Assembly: GCA_051530055.1 (NCBI GenBank)
Contig: CM121341.1
Span: 17,710,784 to 17,743,783, forward strand
Origin: Neoechinorhynchus agilis
Taxonomy: Eukaryota > Animalia > Acanthocephala
DNA length: 33,000 nt
Reading direction: 5' to 3'
The notes below the pieces were generated by a model. It saw only the letters and a program-made list of their open reading frames with translations. It made no database searches and was not told the DNA's origin. The position numbers and the translations under genes are program-made. Below, piece by piece: positions 9,833 through 21,847 of the stretch. How positions within the stretch are numbered: the first letter of the stretch is position 1; every line of letters starts with the position of its first letter.

Positions 9833-11283
9833 ATGCAACTTCTGTTCAATTTGATTTTTATAACCGCTCACTGCATAAAAATCCATCATGCGGAGCTTCT
9901 GATGTCGCAAGTAATTTGTCGACATGGGGACCGAAATCCAGAAATCTATGTCCCAAACGAATATGGCGACTTTTATGGCTGGCGAAATGATTTGGGTCAT
10001 TTGACGTCGATTGGGATGAACCAAGCACATTTGGTAGGAGAATATCTTAGACGTTTGTACATAAAGACTAATTTTACGCTACCTTACTATCACCCTTTGC
10101 AAGTAAAAGTCTTTTCGACGAATAAGGACAGGACAAAACAAACAGCTCAAGTGGCAACGTCCGCAATGTTTTCGCCGGTTCATGGAAAGTTCAAGTATAG
10201 ACCATACATACGACATCTTCATGTGCCATATACAGTTTTTGATTTTGATATGGGAGTCGATTGGAACCTGAAGTGCCCTGTTTATGCTCAGTACCTTCGA
10301 AAACACAGTCGTGATTATGAGCAGGAAGCAAATCGAACTTTTAATCAGTCAGTTAAGAGTATGTTGGATCATGTCGGAAAACAACTAAATAGGAAAGTAA
10401 CACCTTCAAATTCTTATATGTTTGACGACCTATTTCTCATAGCGTAAGACATATCTGAACGAACAGTTGGGGCTGGGTCTTTTCAGAATCTCAGACTGAC
10501 GGTTTCTCGGTAGCTTAACTATTTCATTTAAAATTTATTGTCTTAAATCCTTGATTTTAGTAAAATCACGAACTTAAAGCGGCAACTAGAATACTAAAAG
10601 CATCACGTATATTTCCACTGTCGTGCATTGATACCATAATTTTGGCTTAAATTAACTTATTTCACTGTAGAAATTTTATCTGAAATTATCCTTCAGTTCG
10701 TATATGTTTTACCCAAGAGCATCTTCACAACATAACTCGTCCATGGGTGAACCAGACAGTTATCGACACTGTGCAATTCGCGGCTCGGAGTTCTCTTAAG
10801 AATCTTCTCAATGATCGTCAGATGGTCAAACTAAGAATCGGAGCTGAAGTCAAATATATTTTTGACAACTTTAAGGATGCATTGGAATTGAAGGATACAA
10901 AATCTAAGTTCAATTTTTTTGCCGCCCACGACATTTCACTTTACTCAATCTTCGCTTTGTTTCGCTATGATCCTGAACCTCCAAAAATTGGATATTGCGC
11001 TTTCTTACGAATGGAGCTACACAGATTGAAAAAGAACCTTCATTATTTCAAATTCTATTATTTTAACGGAACATATGAACGTGAACCCAAAATTCGCAAA
11101 TTAGAAAAGGATATAACGAAGGATATTTGTGGCCTTCAACTTTGTCCAGTTAAAGTTTTTTTCAAGAAATTTAGCGATGTACTGAACGTCGACTATCAGC
11201 AAGAGTGCAGTTCATTAGCCAGGCGTTCACGAATTTCATTGACTGTAATTTTAACTCTTATGGTATTTTTTGTTGGACAATAA
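9833..11283 (+). CDS. Histidine acid phosphatase (lysosomal/prostatic ACP-like), secreted or C-terminally anchored
   Basis: Signal peptide MQLLFNLIFITAHC from ATG 9833; catalytic RHGDRNP; GHLTSIGMNQAHLVGEYLRRLY; STNKDRTKQTA; proton-donor motif AAHDISL; C-terminal hydrophobic tail LTVILTLMVFFVG. Exon structure between about 10397 and 10696 is not resolved. Confidence 0.9.
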
Positions 11284-12052
11284 AATCGTTGTACTTGATA
11301 ATGAAACGTATTCATTTTTATAACCCGACGTTTGAGACAATGTAACAAGATCCAATATGCTATTTTTAGCCTCCACGCTTCACCAAATCGCTTGAAAATA
11401 ACCTAAATTACCTAAAACTCAGTAAAAAAATTAATACGTATTTTCAGAGTTTAAGCAACAATAAAATCAAAGCGTGCAAAGCATCAATTGAAAATAAATC
11501 TTCCAGTTAATTTATTGAAAGATTACACTATGATTTCTGCCACCAGGAATCATTTCAAAACTCTCTAAAGTCAGTTTCTTTTTAATTTTAAATCCCCTCA
11601 ACACGACTGAAGTAACTTTTTCAAAATGCCATCAAGGAAGCTGCCGAACAAACATAACATTTGAAGAAAACGAAACTATGTTCATTCATAGAATTTATAG
11701 TGTGCGTGCTTTTATTTTTTAAATTATTTGCGATTTTTTTGTTTAATACTTTCTATCTGGAATATTATTTTTGACTGCAATCATTCGGTTTATTTCACCT
11801 ACATTTAACCCGTACGATTTTACGCTAAAATACATCATCGAAAACTACTAGAAGAACAAAACGGTGCCATCTTATAGTCTATATCTGTATGAGACTGCAA
11901 AGGGCCAACACTTTCGTTTTGTCGAGTGATATCCGTATCGAATAGAGATTGATCGCACAATGGCTATTTAGCAATACGACCGCTCAGTGTATATTTTTTT
12001 AGTCAAAACATATCGAAACCTACATCCACTTGTGTTGGGCAAACTTTACCAC

Positions 12053-12110
12053 TAGAAGTATTGTTTAGGTCATCACCCGGTAAATAATTTTTTATTAAAG
12101 ACGTTTCGAA
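12053..12110. repeat. Half copy (one arm) of the palindromic element at 28489-28664
   Basis: CACCCGGTAAATAATTTTTTATTAAAGACGTTTCGAA matches the left arm at 28509-28546 almost exactly; weaker similarity extends upstream. Confidence 0.75.
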
Positions 12111-12200
12111 GACAAACTGAACAGCGCTTTAAATCATATGCCCCGGTACCCAACATATCAACAAACTTTACCGTGCTTTGTGATTTTGAACTCGTTAGGC

Positions 12201-12500
12201 TTATTTCAATAAGAAGATTTGTAACGAAGAAATGAATCGATAATGTTTTTCGCTTTTTATGAATAAATCGATGCCAGTTTTTTCTGATACTAGTACAATA
12301 GTAATCACGAGTGCAATCACTATAATTAAAATAAAAATACGACAAGCATTCAAATTAGCTTCGAAATTACTTTTGTCCTTTGATGTAAAAGTTCCAACTC
12401 TGATCATATCCTGATTCATAATGGGGAACGGGCATTCGTGCATATCGCGAAATTCAACGGTCTCTTTCATGGTATCCATGAAATAAACATAAAATATCAT
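12201..12500 (-). CDS. Hypothetical small membrane protein or exon fragment
   Basis: 99-aa ORF with one strongly hydrophobic segment (IFILIIVIALVITIVLV); no family recognised and no splice partners resolved. Confidence 0.25.
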   Translation of the reverse strand: MIFYVYFMDTMKETVEFRDMHECPFPIMNQDMIRVGTFTSKDKSNFEANLNACRIFILIIVIALVITIVLVSEKTGIDLFIKSEKHYRFISSLQIFLLK

Positions 12501-13099
12501 GTCTCCAGTACTTCAGCGCATTTATCGGAATTTAAATCGATACCTTCTGGGGGCGAAGAAAATAACCATAGAGTTCCATCGTATTGGATATTACATTTTC
12601 GTGTCTAGAAAATTATATATCACATCGGAGATGCCTACAAAGGCTAATTTACGGTGTATTTTTGCATAAAATCAGCGATTATAATGCCATTCTATAGGTT
12701 AGGAATCTTCCTTAAGTTTGACTCAGAATTTTTGATGCAAGTAGTTCGGCTTGGTTCTACACTTGAGTAAATTTTTCAAAAACGATTTTTAAATCTAAAA
12801 AAGAAGAGACAGAAGTTAGTACATTAATCTAATCACCATACGAAATGGGATTTACGTGGCCTTGAGTTAACTCGAGGTGGCTGAGTTTGGAGTCCGAACT
12901 CTTCCTTTATCCTAGACCCTAATAACTCTGTTTCGTTAATCGTAAAATTGCATGAGACCACTTATGGATATTATATATAAAGAGTGGCTATTCATTGCAA
13001 TTTGCGTTGGATGGTCAATACACAAAAAAAGATTTATTAATAAGGTAAATTCAGTCTATACTCGAAATAAAAATCGTGGTAATTTAAAAATCAATAAAA

Positions 13100-14984
13100 C
13101 TAGTCCATATCAAGATACGTTAGATATGCACTTCTGCCGCCTTTAGTAGTTTCCGTATTCGTTCCAGATAATTCTGAATCCGGAACAGAATACGATTCGA
13201 AATATGATTCACTCTGATCCTTGCGCTTCCCATGGATCCAAAAAACGAGGCATGCCATAAGTAGAATTGGGATCAATATCAAAAGTAGGATTAAAAGTAG
13301 CGTTTCCCACATTTTGTTAACATTTCCACCTTCCTCTGAGGATCCTTTAGTCGGCATCATTGTCTCGAAATTTGTGACAGCTTTAACGCCTTTCCCAGTA
13401 TTTGCTTCATCTTTTAGTATTTGCTCAACATGGTGAGCTGTTGTCTTGGATGTGGATTTTATTTGATGAGTTGAAGATGAAGTGGGTAATCGAGGAGCAT
13501 TTGTCGGATCCACTAACTGCGTAAATTGAATTTCAGGCGGAATTTTAGTGGGGGGAAGATTGGTAGTCGTGAGTTTATCGATAGTCGTCTTTGGTGTCGT
13601 TGATTTTGGTATATAGAAATGCAAACAGCTAAAATTTTTACAAACATGAGCTGTCGCGGCATATTTTCGACCGCCTCCTATAGCGCAGATCTCGATTTCA
13701 GGTTTGGTGCAAATATCTTCGGATAAGTCCAGACGAGAAACAATGTAAAATAAATCCCCGTGCCATTGCCCCAGATGTACCAAGGAATTTGGAGAGACAA
13801 CAAAATAAGCGTATTGATCATCGCTTTGCCCACAAGGAAAATGGAGACTTACAATAAAAGTATATACGAACGTTTTGTTGTTTAAATGTCCTTCCAGTGT
13901 TATACGTGGTCTTTCGCTACATTTTAAGCTACTTGGAATGATTTTGAGAAGTGCAATAGCTCTGTTGATCTCGATGATTTCGGGTAAAGCTTATTATGCG
14001 AAATCTTCGGTGTATAAACTCGTTACTTGTCTTTTCATATTCCGAAATGGAAATTTCTAGCAGATATTCGATGCTTTCTTCAGATGCTGGAAATGATGTA
14101 AAGAGTTTACAATCAACCGTAAGATTCACAAACTCCGTACGTGGTGTACAAAAGTCAATGTAGCAAGTCGTTAGATCGTCGTTCAAATCTCGAACAAAAA
14201 GATCGTGCTCCTGAACATGTCCAATAGGCGCAATAATTGGAGCAAGACGACCAATTCGAGATCCCAGATTTAATGCACCATCCGCTCTTTTAAAGTACTC
14301 ATCCTTAAAATAAAATTGGATTGATCTAAGACCAGAAGAGAACAAGGCGTTGTACACTTTTAAATGATTTATAAATTATAAATATTTTTTAACTTGAATT
14401 AAGTACTCTTAAATTTTTAGAAGGCTTTATCGGCTCTTTGTAAGCTAAATCTGAAAATTACGTGTGGAAAGTTAGCACATTTTAAGAATGTCTATTATTC
14501 GGACTAAAAACGAGAAATCTACTAAGTGCTCAAATCTATCACGGATTCCGGAATTATATTGGTAAACACAGCAAAAACTGAAATGTATATGTACCTGATC
14601 ACCACAATCAAAATTGTCTACAGAACTTTCATATGTCATCATTTCCTTTCCAAATATTCGAGTTCCATTGTAAGAATCATATATCCCATCCGAAGGTGTA
14701 AGAAGCTTTTTGCACGAGGAATTACTTTTGCAAAATAAATCGCACACCTCCTCATTAAATTTAGGATACCGATTAACGTATTCATTTGGGTAAACAGTAA
14801 TATTCCTTCTCACTAATGAACATCCGCTATTATTAAAGTTATCATCGAAGAAAATCTCTCTGCCCAAATAGGATTTACTCAACAGTGTCGAAATGTGCAA
14901 GGCGATTACAACCAAAACTAAAGAATCGATCACTTTAACAGAAGCGATCGAAATATACGAACCTGTCGGTGGCACCATTATCAT
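13100..14984 (-). CDS. Cys-rich single-pass cell-surface protein, paralog A (Sib / 'integrin beta-like' type module suspected)
   Basis: Three ORF-track pieces join into signal-like N-terminus, Cys-rich ectodomain, Thr/Ser/Pro-rich stalk, TM (LLLILLLILIPILLMACLVFW) plus basic stop-transfer (GKRK) and a short Tyr/Ser tail. Colinear with paralog B (17879-20714). Frame change near 13985-13990. Confidence 0.75.
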
Positions 14985-15153
14985 TCGTTTGCATTGAAAA
15001 GACGCAGTTTACTGTCGCTTGTTGCTAAGCAGCGACTTTTCATTTGTCGAATGAAATGTGCTACATTGAACATAGAAAGTCAAAGCTATCGTTCATTAAC
15101 AATATTGTTTCATACCCCCAAATTTTAATTTAATTAAAGAACACCAAACACAT

Positions 15154-15624
15154 TTGATCACACTCAGATCAAATTACAAGTCAGCAGTCCTAACCAATCC
15201 CAACAAAACTAAATTTATTTTAAAATCTAAATCAGTGCTAGGTAAACGCAAAGTCACAGAATTCTGCTCGGAATTCTTTAAGCTGGATAGCCTCCCCCAT
15301 TATAATAAGATTCATATTCTGGGGTATACTTTCAGTATTAATTTGAGTATTACGCACGACATATTTAAGCTCAAGAAACTGCTGAAGATTGTCAGAATCG
15401 TTAGCAAAACTGCATTTAGTCTATATCTTGGACTAAACGCGATCAAATCGGTCTGGAATTCCTGGGACATTTCGGGCCTTGTCTTCTTCTCTAGAGGCAG
15501 ACCGCAAGAACAACGCCTGAAATTCCTCAGTACCTTTCTTGATGTCTTGCATAAGCTCCCTTATCCTTTCGGTCAATATCCCTCTTGGGCCGCGACAGAA
15601 ATGCTTAAATGGATAGATCCGTGA
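15154..15624 (+). mobile_element. Non-LTR retrotransposon reverse transcriptase C-terminal remnant
   Basis: NPNKTKFIL...KIHILGYTFSINLSITHDIFKLKK resembles the LINE RT end consensus LNxxKTKxxL...KYLGVxFDxxLSWxxHIxxLxxK. No YADD core is present. By eye only. Confidence 0.5.
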
Positions 15625-15899
15625 GCGTCTTTATCTCTTGTGACCCATATTCTTGATTTTTCATGCTAGCGCGTGCCTTTCGGAATAAATCATTGTGTGT
15701 GCGCCAGAGAGCTTAGTGAGTTGTTATTTACAATGTTAGGTGCCGCCCTGTCCCAGTCTATATTCGGGAGAGGGAATGTTGCTTTAATCATAGAAGGAGC
15801 TGAAGGGATGTTTGAGACTTCCTTACTCGTAGAGAAGGAATCCTTTATTATTCGAAAGTTAGAAAGTGAATTTACAAATAGATTGTGGTTGTAAGAATT

Positions 15900-16260
15900 C
15901 CTTTATCGCCTTAGATAGTCCGTATTCGTAGTATTTTTTAGCTTCAGGGTATATTCGAGGGTAAGCGGGGTGATTTTGTCTACAGTTGCAACATTTTTTA
16001 TTAGATTTGGCTTTAAGACAAGTTCATTTGCAATGATTTCCGACACACAAAAGGCATCTTGGACTGTTGATGCAAAATGAAGTATGATGCCCCCAGCGGG
16101 AGCACTTTTGACATAAAGGTTGTAATCATGTAACGAGTTGCGGAATTCAGTAAAGGTAACCCAGTGAGAAAACAGTCCTTTATTTTGTCCACAAAGAGCT
16201 GAGCAAAGTATTGCATACGCAGAAGGGTTATTATTTTTAAATAAGTATTTCATGGGTGAT
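15900..16260 (-). mobile_element. Non-LTR retrotransposon ORF1 (gag-like) remnant with three zinc knuckles
   Basis: A frame not in the ORF track reads PLCQKCSRWGHHTSFCINSPRCLLCVGNHCK*TCLKAKSNKKCCNCRQNHPAYPRIYP (16113-15946): CX2CX4HX4C, CX2CX3HX4C and a degenerate third knuckle, the layout of I/Jockey-group LINE ORF1. In-frame stops (e.g. 16026-16024) show decay. The track's 15903-16253 and 16013-16216 ORFs are off-frame shadows. Confidence 0.8.
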
Positions 16261-17878
16261 GTTTAGATCACTTTCGATAATGGAGGTCTTCTTTTGACGG
16301 GTCTTTTGGAGAATTTAACATGAGAAAAGTTACTTTTCGAGAAAAATCATCAAATAGAATATCTATTTTTTAAGCATAGTGCTGAATAATTTTTCCCTCA
16401 GCGCCGTTGAAGGCAAAAGTGGTATGAAATTTATTAGAAAATGTGCTTTTGATGTCGGTGATACGAGGGAGTGTAATTATTTTTAAATTTTTCTTTGGTA
16501 TTCCAATGCGTTAATCTTCTCTTAGAGTGGGTCTTTTTATCTATTGGATAGGAAATTAAAACGAAGAAGGGTTAAATACAGAAGCAAGGACGAGGAGGGC
16601 CGTGAGCAGCCTCTTACTCCCGGTGGTAGAAGGGCAAAAATATGGTTATCAAAACCAACTGTTACTCATTGAATTGTGACAGGATCGATATTACTCACCT
16701 GTTCGATAATCGGGGGTTTACCAAAAAACCCACCCTCATGAGATCTAGATTCATCATGATGACGATGACACGGGTTTGAAACATGCGTTTTTCGTGAATT
16801 GAACACTTAAGCAACACTAAGCCAAAGTTCAAAACGACAAACAAGATCACGTCGTAAAAACTTACAAACAAATTAATGAACAATGAGTGAACGAGACTCG
16901 GCTAAGCATTCGGCTCTTAACCATTTCGCACTAAAGCAGTGCTTTGGACACGTTTCTGATACTCTATAGGGCTCTTAATTGATGCGATGAGCAAAGTTAA
17001 GGATAGACCAATAGCGAAGTACTAACTCTCGAAGGATTTAAGCATAAATTAGCGAAAAACGTTCATTTTACCTCTCACTGCATCCTGTGCTTCGTGCTTT
17101 TCAAAAACTATCTGAATACGCACAGTCTGTTTTCTGATTTTCTAATCAAAGGTAGACTTATCTCCTAAAAAATCAAGATGTTTTATCAACACTTCCTTAC
17201 AAGGAATCTATCTTTATCACGTGCTACCCGACTTAGTATAAATGCTAACATGTTAAACACCATGCTTATTACCTTCATAGTGAGGCTCTCTGTTTTTTCT
17301 TAACCACCTGAAATCAGGCTTCATTTTCTTTATCATTTTCGTGAAAAAATGCAGGTTATTTTGTTTAAATCTCTTTTTAATCACGAGATGCTCATATCAC
17401 CGATCTATCATTATTTACACAAAAACGTCCGTTAGCTAAATATGTTTCAAGTAATTATAATTTATTTCATCTTTCTTTTTCCGCTAACTCGAATTTCAGC
17501 TTAACATATATTCAAAATGATATGATTTAAGCTAATGGTTTTATGAAGCAATCATATGTCAATCTCTTCAAAGCCATGAATCAAAAGTGCAGGAGAAAGA
17601 TTTTAAATACAAAACAAATGGATCAATAACGTAACAAAGTTACAATTGAAGGAAACTTTTAAGAGAGCATCAGGACGTCCAATACATCAGCTCACCTGTC
17701 GCAAATTTTAGTATAATTTATTAATTTTGTTGTTATGTCAAATTCTCATCTATGTCAATAAAAACTTCAGATAATTTCTTAATCTTTTTGACGATTGCGG
17801 GAGTTTAATTGTTACTGTGCTTAAATAATAATAAGAACTGTATAAAGCGGGTTAGCTGGGTAATATATGCTCGCTGAG

Positions 17879-20714
17879 CTATATTTCGTTAAGTTTCAAC
17901 TCCGTATTGGATGTAAGAATTTTAGATTCTGCAGTATTATTTTCCAGCGGTTCATCACAGATGTCCGTTACCTTATCGGCTATAGTAGCTTTGTGTTTTG
18001 AATTCTCAGTAGGTGAATCTGGGATTTCAATGGACGATGTTGCTTGAAACGTATTCACCGTAGGCACAAACTCAGTAATATTACTTCCTGAAGCAATTGT
18101 AATTGTTTCCATTGTATGGATATCTGAATTTGTGTCGAAATCTTCCTCGTAATTGCTAATCGTAGTGAAAATGTGATCTCTACCTAAGAGAATAAGTTCT
18201 GTGGTCGTTTTAATCCGTTCATTATTCGAACTGTTAGTTGCGTTGCGCCCAATAGAAATGTTGAAACTTAGACTTGTTGCTGCAGTCTCCACTACGCGGA
18301 GATTATTGCTAGCCGATTCTGAGACTAATTCTACAGCTTCGGTTGATGAACCTGACGTACTCGTGGCCTCATGAGTTATAATATTAGTATAATCCGCGTC
18401 TGAAGTTGATGATACTACATTTAAAGCTGATGAGTCAACATCACAATCACTCATGGTAGCCGCGAAGTCACCGGTAACTTTATCTTCAGCAATTGGCTCG
18501 ACATTTGTAGTTATAGGTAAAGCAATATCATCAAAGGTACGTTGATCGAAGCTACTTGTTCCAGAAATCGAGCCCCCAGTTGAACATTTTAAGCAATAAT
18601 CAGTTGATGTTCTGGTTTGACTAAAGATTTTAATAGGAAATTCCGTTGATCCATTCGAAACTTTGATATAACTAAGACGTTCCTCAGGCTCTGGCATATC
18701 CGCGCCTGTTGCAACTTCTATCTTTGCTTCTACTGTACCTCTCTTGATCTGTTCGCTACTTATCGTTGTTATCCTTTCCTTTTTGTCGGAATCAATGTAT
18801 TCCACTTCGGATTGGCAATAAAAGACCTTGCAAATGGATTGCTTTCCTGCATAGCGATAATTGCCGCTAATTCCACATATTTCAAAATGCCCACTACCGC
18901 ACACCTCATTTGTCAAATTTAAACGGGCGACAGTACTTATACTTCGGCGTCGGACGTAGCGCAAAATTTCCATACTTTTAGGAGCTACAGTGAAGTGCAC
19001 AAATGTCAGTTTACTTGGACGACATAGACGGTTTGTACTAATGGTAAATTTATAAGATTTTCCAATTGATAACATATTTAAGTAACCCCCTGGTTTAGGT
19101 TGTACGCTTATTCTCAAATTTGACGTTTTACGACAATGTGATTTCTTGGGGAGCAATGTGATCCAAGCCGTTGATGAACTTACCTCGATGATTTCACTTG
19201 AAGATAAATGAAATCTTCGAATTAAATGATGGCTAATATCGTCTCGGTCTTTCTCCTTTATTACAAAACCGAAGCGGTAGTATTTTCCGCTTTCAGTCAA
19301 TGGAAATCTGGTCATGAGTGTACAGTCAGGCGCCAGCCACACCCAATCTTGAAGGGGTTTTAAAAAGTCGCAGTCAAAACAGTCTCTTCCAGGAGTCACA
19401 GCTTGACATTCGACAACATCTCCGTCGGGGTCTCGAATAAAAAGATCGTGACGTTCGATAAAGCGAGTAGATACGGTTAAGGTTGAGATGTGCCCAAGTT
19501 TTGGGGATCGATTATGCGTTCCATCTAATCGCTTAGGATATACGTAATCAGTTGATATTTAAGGAATCCAATTACACTAAAAATAGACGATTTTGCAAAA
19601 CTATCATTTTGATTAAAAGTAGTAAAATTTCATAATATTTTATGCAAACAATGACACAAATATTCTCATAATGCCTAAGAATTTTTTAAAGATATCTACA
19701 GATCTTCTTTCAATCAGTTTGGATTATGATTATGAAAAGGCGGGTGGATAAAGTTATTAGAAAATCATAGACATTCTGCCCTCATCTATATATCCCTTTT
19801 CAAGAAAAATATTTTCTGTACGATGTTTTTTGTCTAGATACTAATTCTAGGTCAATTTTCTCTTAAAAAATTCTTTTATTTCATTTGTATCATTTTTCCG
19901 AGGGTTATCACCTTCGATTCAAAAGCTCATTAATAGATCAAAATCGAAAAATAGACCATTGATGCTTTCAAGTTCAGGTATATAAGACTGTTTGATTGTC
20001 TTAACGACGATAAGGGAGACAAATGAATATGCTAGCCTGTCAAAGTGACACCACGCTCCCAGAAGCAACAATTGTTAGGATGTTGGAATTCTAAACACAC
20101 CAGAAAAATACTACTAACGGTTAGGGCAGTAGGATATACCACCGAAAACTATTTTTAATTTAAAAACACCTTTTATTTGATCCTACGAATACGAATGCAG
20201 CGGAGTTATAGCTAGAATTTGAGTTTAAAAACTTTTCGTTGTATCTCCTAATTACGTCTATCATAGTTGCAAACACTTTTAGTTTTAGTACTAGCGGTAT
20301 AATGGAGTTGTTCGATCTCATTTCATCAATCCAGCAACACGAAGCATAGTTCACAACTACTTTGCTGCTGCAATTGAACTCGATATCGGTTGTACCTTTC
20401 ATCACACTTTCTAAAGCACCTTTGTTGATTCCTTCACAACCAATAGATATGAGATTGGATGGTTTCAAGCATTTAATACAAATCAAATTTCCGCTATAAA
20501 GTGTGTTCTTTGAAAAATTATGGCAGGTACTTGTTAGTCGATGTCCAGTATTGATTAATTCAGATACTGTTGTCTTTAAAAAACATTTGTTATTTTTGCT
20601 GAAAACATCGAAGTTCATGAATCCACCTCGAATTTGACTGCTCGTAATAAGTAAAATTTTCAAAAAGCATAGAATTAACGCTAAAGTGTTGATGTACAAC
20701 AAAGTCTTATCCAT
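17879..20714 (-). CDS. Cys-rich secreted/cell-surface protein with long Ser/Thr stalk, paralog B
   Basis: Exon 1 (20714 to ~20245): signal peptide then SSQIRGGFM...GNLICIKC...NYASCCWI. Exon 2 probably from the AG acceptor before 19531: RLDGTHNRSP...HDLFIRDPDGDVVEC, continuing in frame into the 506-aa track ORF with a mucin-like Ser/Thr region. No TM seen before the stop at 17879. Confidence 0.8.
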
Positions 20715-21847
20715 TGCGCAACTTACCTTTCATAAATATTGCCATTGAACAAATTTGATTGCTGATATTTATTGAAGATTTTCAAGCTAATCGACGGAAA
20801 CTAATTATGGATATTGTGTTGGATGATACCCACTTCCTTCAGTTGATATTCTCTTGGATGCATATCAAGACGTGCCTATATAGCCGTGTAGACAAGGAAT
20901 CTCATGTATGAGAATTTGACATAAAAAGATACCCAGAATGGATGACAACTTGGTAAATGTAAGATTGATCATTCCTACAGATCATATTCCTTTTTGAAGT
21001 GATAATTAATCGAGTTGGAAGCAGTGTACCAAAATAGAAACACATTTTTGTCCATCTCAACATTTGCTTCTCAGAGCACAACAAGCAAATAAAGAATTAA
21101 CAATAAAAAAAAGACACAAATCCATCTCGTTGCTTACCACCACTTTGTATTTAAAGTAAACTACGAGCATTTTCAGTTTTACTAAGTTTGTTAGTGTACA
21201 GTTGCAGCTAAAGACTCAACCGGTAGAAGCAATTTAAGACAACGATTGCTATAAATCGATTTGCTGAATAAATTTTATGTCATAACACCTATCCAAACGT
21301 CTAGCGAATTGTGATTTAAAAATAGTGACCCTTGTAAGACGCTAAAACAAGTTTGTATTACCTTCGAAGCTCACATAATCAATGATGTTTAGCAGGTTCT
21401 ATTTCAAGAAATTATTTTCTATTTCGATCGGCCTAGACAATCAATTTTATATTAATTAAACTTTCCTATGCCGTATTAAAGACACGCGTGTCTAAAATCT
21501 AATTGCTGAAATAAAATCGTTGATATGAAAAATTAAACTGACGCAGTTTATTCAAAAATCTCGCGGACATTACATTAGCTGAAAACTATAAAAGATATTA
21601 TAACCTTTTTGGTCACAATGTTTTAGCGCAATCGCTTCAAAATTTTCTCGGATAAGCATAATTTAGGCAAGCATTATCTGCGCAGTGCTGAAAATGAAAA
21701 TCAATATTATTCGGCAGTAAAAATCTGGGATAAAATAACTAACATTCTCTCTCTAAGTCTTCTACAATTTAAGTATTCTTAGTATTTTGAGGTTTGTTCG
21801 TTTTTCAGAAGCGAACAGTAGAATATCAAGAATGAACCACAAATACG

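Noticed and set aside
9601-9990. 129-aa ORF overlapping the phosphatase 5' end
   Set aside because: TTG start, alternative frame over a real gene, no motifs.
15190-15215. NPNKTK match to hepadnavirus polymerase
   Set aside because: Spacing to the LG motif (~30 aa) fits LINE RT rather than hepadnavirus, and no other viral motifs are present.
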